This document shows positions 27,677 through 35,783 of a stretch of DNA of 64,000 nt, one piece after another. The position numbers and the translations under genes are program-made. How positions within the stretch are numbered: position 1 is the first letter of the stretch; each line of letters starts with the position of its first letter. This DNA comes from Clostridiaceae bacterium UBA6110 (GTDB lineage Bacteria > Bacillota > Clostridia > Clostridiales > Clostridiaceae), in contig DIWI01000011.1 in NCBI GenBank assembly GCA_002428415.1, forward strand, positions 1,423 through 65,422, read 5' to 3'. Below the pieces are notes generated by a model. It was given only the letters and a program-made list of their open reading frames with translations, made no database searches and was not told the DNA's origin.

Positions 27677-30271
27677 CTAAACCAGTTTTCCGTAATAGGC
27701 AGACACATACATGTCCTTTATTTCTGATATTAGAGGATATCTCGGATTTGCTCCAGTGCACTGGTCATCGAAAGCCTGCACGCACATCTCGTCAATCTTT
27801 TCGAAGAAGTCAGCTTCCTTGACTCCTGCTTCCTTTATCGTCATGGGCAGGTCAAGCTTTCTCTTCAGGTCGTCGATTGCAGCGATGAGACTCTCTATCT
27901 TCTCGTCATCATTAGTGCCCTGAAGTCCCAGATAATCGGCTATCCTTGCATACCTGAATTTTATATTTGGGTATTTGAACTGTGGGAAAGCAGCCTGCTT
28001 CCTGGGATTCTCCACTGCATTGAACCTTATCACCTCATCGATCAGAAGGCTGTTCGCGATTCCATGAGGTATATGGTGGTACGCACCCAGCTTGTGGGCC
28101 ATGGAGTGGCATACTCCAAGGAAAGCGTTGGCGAAAGCCATTCCAGCCATGGTCGAGGCGTGGGCCATCTTCTCCCTCGCCTTGATATTGGTCCTTCCTT
28201 CCGTGTAGCACAGGGGCAGGTACTTGAATATCAGCCTTATCGATTCCATTGCAAGGGCATTCGTATACTCTGAAGCCAGTACTGAAACATATGCCTCAAG
28301 CGCATGTGTAAGGGCATCTATTCCTGATGCGGCAGTAAGTCCCCTTGGCATTTCCATCATAAGCTCAGTATCCACTATCGCCATGTCAGGTGTGAGCTCG
28401 TAGTCAGCCAACGGGTACTTGATACCTGTGGCTTCATCAGTTATTACCGCGAATGGCGTAACCTCGGAGCCTGTACCAGCAGAAGTCGGTATCGCTATGA
28501 ACATTGCCTTTTCACCAAGCCTCGGGAACGGATATATCCTCTTCCTGATGTCCATGAATCTCATGGCCAGGTCCTCGAACCTTACCTCAGGATGCTCATA
28601 CATGGTCCACATGATCTTGGCTGCATCCATTGGTGAGCCTCCGCCTAATGCTATGATAACATCAGGATTGAAGCTTCTCATCTCCTCGGCTCCCTTCCTT
28701 GCGCAGGCAAGGGTTGGATCCGGCTCCACATCGAAGAACACCTTGTAGTCGATCCCTGATTCATCCAGTATCCTCGATATCCTGTCGCAGTATCCAAGGC
28801 TGTAGAGCACCTTGTCTGTCACTATGAAAGCCTTTTTCTTCTTCATGTCCTTAAGCTCGAGAAGTGCAGTGCCTATGGCACCCGACTTGAAATATATCTT
28901 TTCAGGAACTCTAAACCAAAGCATGTTCTCTCTCCTCTCCGCTACCGACTTGACATTCATGAGGTGCTTGACACCGACATTTTCGCTTATGGAGTTTCCG
29001 CCCCAGCTTCCGCAGCCAAGAGTGAGTGAAGGAGCCAGCCTGAAGTTGTAGATATCTCCTATTGCTCCCTGTGATGAAGGCATGTTGATTATGGTCCTTC
29101 CTGTCTTCATCCTTGCTCCGAATGCATTCACCCTGTCCTTCATCTTCACCTGGTCGGTATACAGTACCGATGTATGTCCGAATCCGCCGAGCCTCACAAG
29201 CCTGTCTGCCTTGTCAAGAGCTTCAGCGAAGGTCTTCACCCTGTACATTCCAAGCACAGGCGAAAGCTTCTCGTGTGAGAACGGCTCATCAAGCTCTACA
29301 GACTCTACCTCTCCTATGAGGACCTTCGCATCCTCAGGAACTGTCAGTCCCGCAAGGCTTGCGATCTTTGCTGCGCTCTGACCAACGATATCCGCATTGA
29401 GCGCGCCGTTTTTGAGGATCACACCCCTGACCGCCTCTGTCTCGTCAGCATCAAGGATGTAGGCACCCCTTTCGAGGAATTCTCTTCTTACTTCATCATA
29501 AACCTCATCCATGACGATCACTGTCTGCTCGGATGCGCAGATGACGCCGTTGTCGAAGGTCTTTGACAGAAGGATTGATGATACCGCCATCTTGATGTGC
29601 GCAGTCTCATCGATTATCGCAGGAGTATTTCCCGCACCGACACCTATTGCAGGCCTTCCTGATGAATATGCCGCCCTTACCATTCCAGGTCCGCCTGTAG
29701 CCAGGATTATGTCGGCCTCCTTCATTACTGCCTGTGAAAGCTCTACTGAGGGCTCATCTATCCAACCTATTATCCCTTCAGGTGCTCCTGCCTTGACTGC
29801 AGCCTCAAGCACTGTCCTTGCCGCCTCGATGGTCGACCTTTTCGCCCTTGGATGCGGGGAGAATATTATTCCGTTCCTGGTCTTGAGTGCCAGAAGCGCT
29901 TTGAATATCGCAGTGGATGTCGGGTTGGTTGTAGGCACGATGGCGGCAACTACTCCTATAGGCTCAGCAACCTTCATTATTCCGAAGGATTCATCCTTCT
30001 CGATAACTCCGCAGGTCTTTTCATCCTTATACTGGTTGTATATGTATTCAGAGGCGAACTGGTTCTTTATGACCTTGTCCTCCACAATTCCCATTCCTGT
30101 CTCTTCGACAGTCATCTGAGCAAGCCTTATCCTTGCATTGCTTGCTGCAAGAGCAGCCATCCTGAATATCTCATCTACCTGTTCCTGTGTATACGTCGAA
30201 TATTTTCTCTGTGCTTCCCTGACTTCCTCAAACTTTGCTATAAGTTCAGTTACATTACCAACAGTCTTCAT
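27677..30271 (-). CDS. adhE: Bifunctional acetaldehyde-CoA/alcohol dehydrogenase
   Basis: 864 aa. The N-terminal ALDH domain and C-terminal Fe-ADH domain (GGGSPMDAAK, HxxxH metal site in CHSMAHKLGAYHHIPHG) are fused. Confidence 0.95.
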   Translation of the reverse strand: MKTVGNVTELIAKFEEVREAQRKYSTYTQEQVDEIFRMAALAASNARIRLAQMTVEETGMGIVEDKVIKNQFASEYIYNQYKDEKTCGVIEKDESFGIMKVAEPIGVVAAIVPTTNPTSTAIFKALLALKTRNGIIFSPHPRAKRSTIEAARTVLEAAVKAGAPEGIIGWIDEPSVELSQAVMKEADIILATGGPGMVRAAYSSGRPAIGVGAGNTPAIIDETAHIKMAVSSILLSKTFDNGVICASEQTVIVMDEVYDEVRREFLERGAYILDADETEAVRGVILKNGALNADIVGQSAAKIASLAGLTVPEDAKVLIGEVESVELDEPFSHEKLSPVLGMYRVKTFAEALDKADRLVRLGGFGHTSVLYTDQVKMKDRVNAFGARMKTGRTIINMPSSQGAIGDIYNFRLAPSLTLGCGSWGGNSISENVGVKHLMNVKSVAERRENMLWFRVPEKIYFKSGAIGTALLELKDMKKKKAFIVTDKVLYSLGYCDRISRILDESGIDYKVFFDVEPDPTLACARKGAEEMRSFNPDVIIALGGGSPMDAAKIMWTMYEHPEVRFEDLAMRFMDIRKRIYPFPRLGEKAMFIAIPTSAGTGSEVTPFAVITDEATGIKYPLADYELTPDMAIVDTELMMEMPRGLTAASGIDALTHALEAYVSVLASEYTNALAMESIRLIFKYLPLCYTEGRTNIKAREKMAHASTMAGMAFANAFLGVCHSMAHKLGAYHHIPHGIANSLLIDEVIRFNAVENPRKQAAFPQFKYPNIKFRYARIADYLGLQGTNDDEKIESLIAAIDDLKRKLDLPMTIKEAGVKEADFFEKIDEMCVQAFDDQCTGANPRYPLISEIKDMYVSAYYGKLV

Positions 30272-30284
30272 ATTCTCTCCGCCT

Positions 30285-30360
30285 TTGTTAATTATTTATC
30301 ACATAGCCATTGTAACAAGGCATATGCTTTGAGTCAAGTATATTGTTAAATATTTAATTA
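30285..30360 (-). promoter_or_regulatory. Two Rex-box-like inverted repeats in the adhE upstream region
   Basis: TTGTTAA-ATAT-TTAATTA at 30343-30360 and TTGTTAA-TTAT-TTATCAC at 30285-30302. Compare the clostridial Rex consensus TTGTTAA-N4-TTAACAA; each second arm matches 5/7. Confidence 0.35.
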
Positions 30361-30549
30361 TATTATTTTATGATGCTTCTTTCATATGTAAACGTAGTCA
30401 TTGCTGATATTTCGATAATTCGCTTCCAAATCATATTTACTGCAAATTCTCAAAATCATATGAATCTCAGCGTTTTTCGTTTTATTTTTAACAATCATTC
30501 GAATAATAAAACCCTGCCAGCGGCAGGGTGATCCAATGATCTCAAAGTG

Positions 30550-30927
30550 CTAATTTGATGCCTGGTAGGCCTCTTCAATCAGAGCCAACATCTCGCAATC
30601 AAGGTCCTTTGAATTTGAGATGACAATATGATGGGTCCATCTGCCAGGATACGGTTCTACTGCTTCCACGACCTTTGCTGATTCAGCCTTCCTGCGAAGG
30701 CCAAGTGTCAGGATGATACATCCTTCAGGCTTGTCTTTTCCCGTGCGTAACGGCATCCATATCCATGCGAATCTTCTTTTGGTACTAAAGGATATTTGGG
30801 ATTTGCCGATATGTTCTGAAACCTCACCCTGCAAAGCTATCATATCCCTTATTGACTTGAAAAGCCTGACCCTGCCATCATCCTCCCTGAAGAATCTAAA
30901 GATCGTTTCATCTGACAACTTTTCCAA
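30550..30927 (-). CDS. DUF5655-like hypothetical protein
   Basis: 125 aa. The pattern ISFSTKRRFAWIW...LTLGLRR...PGRWTHHIVISNSKDLDCEMLALIEEAY resembles DUF5655, recognised by eye only. Confidence 0.45.
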   Translation of the reverse strand: MEKLSDETIFRFFREDDGRVRLFKSIRDMIALQGEVSEHIGKSQISFSTKRRFAWIWMPLRTGKDKPEGCIILTLGLRRKAESAKVVEAVEPYPGRWTHHIVISNSKDLDCEMLALIEEAYQASN

Positions 30928-30944
30928 AATTTCGCCTCCATATG

Positions 30945-30982
30945 GCAGAACAAAGCCGGCATAGGGTTAACCCTTTGCCGGC
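30945..30982 (-). terminator. efp intrinsic terminator
   Basis: GCCGGCAAAGGG-TTAA-CCCTATGCCGGC hairpin on the minus strand, followed by UUUGUUCUG. Confidence 0.8.
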
Positions 30983-30996
30983 CTGCTGCAAGGGTC

Positions 30997-31554
30997 TTAA
31001 ACCCTTTCCATGTATTCTCCAGTTCTTGTGTCTATCCTTATGCCATCCCCTTCGTTTATGAAGAAAGGAACCATTACCTGTGCGCCGGTCTCAACAATCG
31101 CAGGCTTAAGAGCGTTTGTTGCTGTGTTTCCCTTTACTCCAGGCTCTGTCTCAGTGATGACGAGCTCGACAAAGTTAGGTGCTTCTACTGAGAATGCATC
31201 TCCCTTGTAGAACTTTATGACTGCAAAATTGTTTTCCTTGAGGAACTTGATAGCATCTTCCACCTTCTCATAGTTGAGCGGAATCTGCTCGTAGGTCTCC
31301 TGGTCCATGAAATAGTACAGCTCTCCGTCATTGTAGAGATACTGCATTTCCTTTCTCTCAATTACTGCTTCCTGAAGCTTTGTAGTCGGGTTGAAGGTTG
31401 TGTCCGTGGTTCCGCCAGAGATTACATTCCTGAGCTTTGTCCTTACGAATGCCGCTCCCTTTCCTGGCTTGACATGAAGAAAGTCAAGTACTACGAATAC
31501 CTGTCCGTCCTGCTCGAAGGTTGTGCCTTTTCTCAATTCACTTGCTGATATCAT
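30997..31554 (-). CDS. efp: Translation elongation factor P
   Basis: [16 protein letters not shown] loop with the modifiable Lys; 185 aa. Confidence 0.95.
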   Translation of the reverse strand: MISASELRKGTTFEQDGQVFVVLDFLHVKPGKGAAFVRTKLRNVISGGTTDTTFNPTTKLQEAVIERKEMQYLYNDGELYYFMDQETYEQIPLNYEKVEDAIKFLKENNFAVIKFYKGDAFSVEAPNFVELVITETEPGVKGNTATNALKPAIVETGAQVMVPFFINEGDGIRIDTRTGEYMERV

Positions 31555-31721
31555 TGTTTTCCCTCCAAATAATCTAACAAAGCCCCTCCAGGGACCGGCG
31601 CGGCATAATGCTCACCTTGGTCATGGGGCTTGTCAACCTAAGTCTTTCGATGCTATAGGCCGATCATGCACTCATAACCTGTGGACGGCTCTGGGCATCA
31701 TGTACCATTTCGCAATTTACC
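31555..31721 (-). promoter_or_regulatory. Structured ~170-nt efp leader with a terminator-like hairpin just before the RBS
   Basis: This GC-rich segment has no ORF support. AGCCCC...GGGGCU closes a ~50-nt imperfect stem-loop with inner GACC/GGUC, GGUG/CGCC and GCA/UGC pairs. UUGUUAGAUUAUUU, a GGAGGG RBS and the ATG follow. Confidence 0.45.
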
Positions 31722-31727
31722 AAGGAT

Positions 31728-31756
31728 ATTCTATCAGAAAGGAGGTACATTTGCAA
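31728..31756 (-). promoter_or_regulatory. Sigma-A-type promoter upstream of efp
   Basis: Minus strand: TTGCAA (31756-31751), a 17-nt spacer, then TAGAAT (31733-31728). Confidence 0.55.
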
Positions 31757-31801
31757 TTGCGATTTATTTTTGTTTCAGAACCTTTTTGAAGGTTTTCGAC
31801 A

Positions 31802-32308
31802 TTATCTAGGAACTATCCCGAGCTCATATAACTTTTCGAGGGCTTTTGCCAGGTTAGTCCTTGAATCCAGACTGCCGTCTATTATGATTCCTGCCTTCTC
31901 GTAGAATGGCTTCCTTTCAGAATAAAGCTTCCTTAGCTTTTCATTGCTGTTGGAAAGAGGCCTTGTCTTGTCATGCTTCAGCCTTTTCCAGAGTACATCG
32001 ATGCTTGTCTTTATGTATATCACATGAGAGTTCATAAGCATCCTGTCCATGTTCCCGCCAAATATCGGAAATCCTCCACCGGTAGATATGATCAGGTCAT
32101 CCATCAGAAGCACTTCATCCAGAGTCTCACGCTCCAGCTCCCTGAAGACCTTTTCTCCTTCTTCCGTTATTATCCTGCCAGGAGTCTTTCCGTATTTCTC
32201 AGTGATGAGCCTGTCAGTATCTACAGCCTTCATACCTGTCGCAGCTGCTAAAAGCCTTCCAAGGGTTGTCTTGCCGCTGCCCGGCATCCCCACAATGAAT
32301 ATCCTCAT
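31802..32308 (-). CDS. aroK: Shikimate kinase
   Basis: Walker A GMPGSGKTTLGRLLA and the STGGG motif; 168 aa. Confidence 0.9.
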   Translation of the reverse strand: MRIFIVGMPGSGKTTLGRLLAAATGMKAVDTDRLITEKYGKTPGRIITEEGEKVFRELERETLDEVLLMDDLIISTGGGFPIFGGNMDRMLMNSHVIYIKTSIDVLWKRLKHDKTRPLSNSNEKLRKLYSERKPFYEKAGIIIDGSLDSRTNLAKALEKLYELGIVPR

Positions 32309-32722
32309 TCATATGCTCCTTATCCTCAGTATGGGCGTTAGGTCCCATATGAGTTCAAGCTCTCTCTTAAGGACATGTCTCGTGTCCGATATGTAGAGCA
32401 TCATACGATTATTATATATCCCTTTCAGTGAAAGTGTACAGGTGCCGATTGACAAGGTTTTGCCTGCCTGGAAAAAGCTCCTGGCATCCGAAGGTCCTGG
32501 AAACCTTGCAGCAAGCCCAGCCTCCAGTACGGGCAGGTCCTTCTCAAGCTCAGAATACCTTACATCCAATGAATAGACTCCCTCCTCGATGTACATGTGG
32601 CTTGTAACAAGCCTGGCAGTCCTGGCTGTAAGGGAAGCCATAAGCACAAGAAGGAGGAAAAGGTGCTGTACCGATCCTCTCCTAATACTCAATCTGGAAC
32701 CCCCTTTCAAGCTCAAGCCCAT
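32309..32722 (-). CDS. Pseudopilin-like hypothetical protein (degenerate prepilin signal)
   Basis: RRG-SVQHLFLLLVLMASL: a basic stretch, then Gly and a hydrophobic helix, with no Glu at +5. It is the last gene of the pilus-like operon and abuts the aroK start. Confidence 0.4.
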   Translation of the reverse strand: MGLSLKGGSRLSIRRGSVQHLFLLLVLMASLTARTARLVTSHMYIEEGVYSLDVRYSELEKDLPVLEAGLAARFPGPSDARSFFQAGKTLSIGTCTLSLKGIYNNRMMLYISDTRHVLKRELELIWDLTPILRIRSI

Positions 32723-33137
32723 CGAATATGAGCCTTATGATCAGTATTCCGTTTTCTATCCTGAAAGAAGAAGACCTGAGACCGACACAGATGTTCTGTA
32801 CAGGAGTATCCACGTAAGTGGTGCTCCCGACTGCATACCTGAGCTTGTCTGCTGACTGGAACATCTTTATGTATCGTCCGTTCACTGACTCATCCTTCAG
32901 GATGTACAATACTCCTCCTGAAATCGCCAGGCTGTCAGTATTCGAATGCAGGTCTTCCTTTATCCTTTCAAATGCCATATAGGCATAATCCATCGCCTTG
33001 AGCTGCAACCTTGCATCCAGGTAAGTCTTCAGCACTCCTGTGAACGACCGGAGTGCGATTCCCAGAGCCAGTGCCATTATGATTATGTAATAGAGTATCT
33101 CCTGAAGGATGAACCCTCTCTTAATGCCTGATCTCAT
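32682..33137 (-). CDS. Type IV pilin/pseudopilin-like protein
   Basis: The class III signal IKRG|FILQEILYYIIIMALALGIAL has Glu at +5. The start is taken at ATG 33137. Confidence 0.6.
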   Translation of the reverse strand: MRSGIKRGFILQEILYYIIIMALALGIALRSFTGVLKTYLDARLQLKAMDYAYMAFERIKEDLHSNTDSLAISGGVLYILKDESVNGRYIKMFQSADKLRYAVGSTTYVDTPVQNICVGLRSSSFRIENGILIIRLIFDGLELERGFQIEY

Positions 33138-33507
33138 ATGTTCCCCGCCTGTCTTTGTCGAGATATCCATTTATTGAGGTTACCCCTTCGACAGTTACAA
33201 TACTTATCCAGGTATCCCCCAAAAATGCGGATTCAAGTGAATATGAATCAAGTGAACCAAACACTTCACCCTCAGGCACTTCGAGATTTCCTTCCCTGAT
33301 CATAAGGTAGTAGGCTTCTACTCTATAGTCGAAAGCAAGCTGCTCCTTGTACCTGATGAGCTTCAGCCTGCTGTCCATGCTTTCGGAGACTATGGACTGC
33401 AGGACAATGAAGACCGCGAGCACTGAGAATGTGGCAAGTATCGAGATGTAGCCCTTCCTCACCTTATGTCCATCGCCTGTGTTCCGAAATTTATCATGAT
33501 TTCGCAC
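33121..33507 (-). CDS. Pseudopilin-like hypothetical protein
   Basis: VRKG|YISILATFSVLAVFIVL, with no Glu at +5. The real start is probably near 33462 (GTG), at the stop of the upstream gene. Confidence 0.4.
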   Translation of the reverse strand: MRNHDKFRNTGDGHKVRKGYISILATFSVLAVFIVLQSIVSESMDSRLKLIRYKEQLAFDYRVEAYYLMIREGNLEVPEGEVFGSLDSYSLESAFLGDTWISIVTVEGVTSINGYLDKDRRGTYEIRH

Positions 33508-33905
33508 TGCTTCACACCTCCGATATGAAAATATACCCTGCCGTTCGCTGAGGGTACTCCGGTAATGTCGTAGTACCAGTTTGGACCAGCACCGATTTCC
33601 AAAGTCGTTACACCGGTCATCGTAAGTTTGGAACCTGATGGCAGCTGTATCTTCCTCAAAAGCAGCGTACCCTTGTATATCCTTATAGTTGAATCAGGTA
33701 TGTATACTCTTCGTATTGATTTGGTCTCTGCAGATTTTTTCAGTTCTCCGATGACAACACCCATGAATATTATGGCAGCATCCTCCTTGTAGGATACCGA
33801 GCCTTCACTAGCTGTCCTTTTCGGAGATGGAAGTATCAGCCCCATAAGGGCAATAGCTATCATAAGCTCCACCAGGAGCCTGCCTTCATAGCGCCTCATA
33901 GGCAT
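33459..33905 (-). CDS. Type IV pilin/pseudopilin-like protein (ComGD/minor pilin-like)
   Basis: The prepilin signal RRYEG|RLLVELMIAIALMGL has Glu at +5. The start is taken at ATG 33905 or 33899. Confidence 0.6.
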   Translation of the reverse strand: MPMRRYEGRLLVELMIAIALMGLILPSPKRTASEGSVSYKEDAAIIFMGVVIGELKKSAETKSIRRVYIPDSTIRIYKGTLLLRKIQLPSGSKLTMTGVTTLEIGAGPNWYYDITGVPSANGRVYFHIGGVKQCEIMINFGTQAMDIR

Positions 33906-34860
33906 CAAGCATCGGAAGGAGTATAACTGAGGCTGAAGCGAGCACTGCAAGTCCCATCAGGATGACTGCCATAGGTTCAACCAGGGCTGTCTTCCTCTTA
34001 AGATAGTCTTCGAACCAGGCTCTCCTGTTTGCGACGTATGATTCCAGGGCATTCGGCAGGTCTCCGGTCTGCTCAGCCATGTGTATGTAGCTTAGAAGAA
34101 GCTCAGAAAACCCCTCCTTCCTGAAGGCATCTGAAAGTCCCTCCCCCTTTGTCAGTCTGGCCATAAGCCCCTGTCCCTTGAACACACCGTCATCCAGAAG
34201 CTCTGCTGCCCTGCATACATCCATCCCTCCGGATACAAGCTTGTTGAATTCCTTAATGAACATCATCTCGCCATATTGCGCCTTCTTCCTGCCAAGCACT
34301 AAAGTGAACACCTTTTCTCTGTCCATGATGCATCGAAAGGCAAATGCCATGATGCCAAGACATGCCATTCCCGAAGCCCTGGCAGGAACCACTGAAGTGA
34401 ACGCCATCACACGGTCAAGTATTTCATTGCTTCCTGATATTCCGCTGATCATCTCATGGATTGGCGGTACCAGGTAATAAGCGGCAGCATAAAGGAACAG
34501 GAGAACAGTTGCGATTAGGATTCCCGGATATACGATGACTGTCCTGATCTTCCCGCTTAGCTCCCTCTCCTCCTTCAGGTCCTCATACAGTCCTCTGAAG
34601 GCTGCTCCTATGGTTCCTGTCTCTTCGGACAGCCTGATTACTGAAATTTCACGTCTTGTGAATGCACCTGTACTTTCAAAGGAGACTGCCAAGGTTTCGC
34701 CTCCCTGAAGGTGCCTGGAGAGAGCGATTTCAGTCTCATCGTCAGAGAGAGCCAGCGCCTCAACCAGACCAAGTCCGTTCTTGAGATAAATCGACTTCTC
34801 ATAGAAAAATTTCTCCTTGTTGAATTTCCGCCACCTTACTCCTAAACTCCAGCCTGACAT
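33886..34860 (-). CDS. Type II secretion system F / PilC / ComGB family platform protein
   Basis: Two GspF-type repeats with 3 TM segments. The N-terminus WSL..KFNKEKFFYEKSIYLKNGLGLVEAL resembles ComGB. The start (34860 or 34890) overlaps the ATPase gene by 62-92 nt. Confidence 0.8.
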   Translation of the reverse strand: MSGWSLGVRWRKFNKEKFFYEKSIYLKNGLGLVEALALSDDETEIALSRHLQGGETLAVSFESTGAFTRREISVIRLSEETGTIGAAFRGLYEDLKEERELSGKIRTVIVYPGILIATVLLFLYAAAYYLVPPIHEMISGISGSNEILDRVMAFTSVVPARASGMACLGIMAFAFRCIMDREKVFTLVLGRKKAQYGEMMFIKEFNKLVSGGMDVCRAAELLDDGVFKGQGLMARLTKGEGLSDAFRKEGFSELLLSYIHMAEQTGDLPNALESYVANRRAWFEDYLKRKTALVEPMAVILMGLAVLASASVILLPMLDAYEAL

Positions 34861-35674
34861 CAAGCTTCCTCCTTCCTTCATCAGATCCAAGCCTCTGGGT
34901 CAGTACAAGCCCAACTGAATTTGATATGTGTTCCTCCCTGATCCCAAAATCCATCAACCTCAGTATCACATTCCTGTACCCGGTGCCGTGGATGGTAGAG
35001 ATCACTCTGTGGCCGGTAAGCGACGCTCTGACAAGAGCCCTTGCAGTCTCTTCATTCCGTATCTCACCTATGCAGATGAAATCGGGGTCCTGTCTCAGGG
35101 ATGCGAATATGGCCTTTTCATATGTCAGGCCAGCCGCCTCGTTTATCTGGCACTGGACCACTCCCTCCATGAACCTTTCAACAGGGTCCTCCACTGACAG
35201 CACCTTGTAGCTTTGGTCTCTGAGCTCCATCATGATGCCGTACAGCGTAGTGCTCTTCCCCATGCCGGTTTCTCCGGCAATAAGTGTTATTCCGCTGCCT
35301 TCCTTAAGGTGGCGAAATATACCCGAAACCTTCTCATCACTCATCCCGAGCATCCGAATCCCCATATCCCGCCTGTCAAAAAGCCTCATGACAAGGGATT
35401 CGCCGTTGACCGACTTCATCGTGCTTACACGTATGGTCATCCCTGCCATCTTTAACACCCCATCCTGAGGCAGCCTTTTTTCTGAAATGTTCATGCCGGA
35501 ATTTGCTTTTACTCTCTGCAGATATATGTTGTGCCTGTTCATGTCAAGGCTGCAGAAAGATTCAAGCCTTTCACCCTGCCTGAAGAACACCCCCGCCTTC
35601 TCTGACCCCGGTATGAAGTGTATGTCGGATGCCTTTATTTCTATACCATGTTCTACGATTTCTTCCAGCTCCAT
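34799..35674 (-). CDS. GspE/PilB/ComGA family secretion ATPase (short form)
   Basis: Walker A GETGMGKST, Walker B/Asp box KVLSVEDPVE and His box SLTGHRVISTIHG. The start is taken at ATG 35674, after GGTGA. Confidence 0.85.
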   Translation of the reverse strand: MELEEIVEHGIEIKASDIHFIPGSEKAGVFFRQGERLESFCSLDMNRHNIYLQRVKANSGMNISEKRLPQDGVLKMAGMTIRVSTMKSVNGESLVMRLFDRRDMGIRMLGMSDEKVSGIFRHLKEGSGITLIAGETGMGKSTTLYGIMMELRDQSYKVLSVEDPVERFMEGVVQCQINEAAGLTYEKAIFASLRQDPDFICIGEIRNEETARALVRASLTGHRVISTIHGTGYRNVILRLMDFGIREEHISNSVGLVLTQRLGSDEGRRKLDVRLEFRSKVAEIQQGEIFL

Positions 35675-35783
35675 AAAATCACCATAATCATTATGCTGAC
35701 TATTGCAGTCCCTATACATGAGAAATCATGGATCACAGGTTTTGTGGTATAGTATATGGAGATATACGACAAGGAGAATGATC

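Noticed and set aside
31555-31721. SRP RNA, 6S RNA or T-box identity for the structured aroK-efp spacer
   Set aside because: It has no SRP domain IV motif, no T-box sequence or specifier architecture, and its ends do not form the long closing helix of 6S RNA. I keep it as an unexplained efp leader in the findings.
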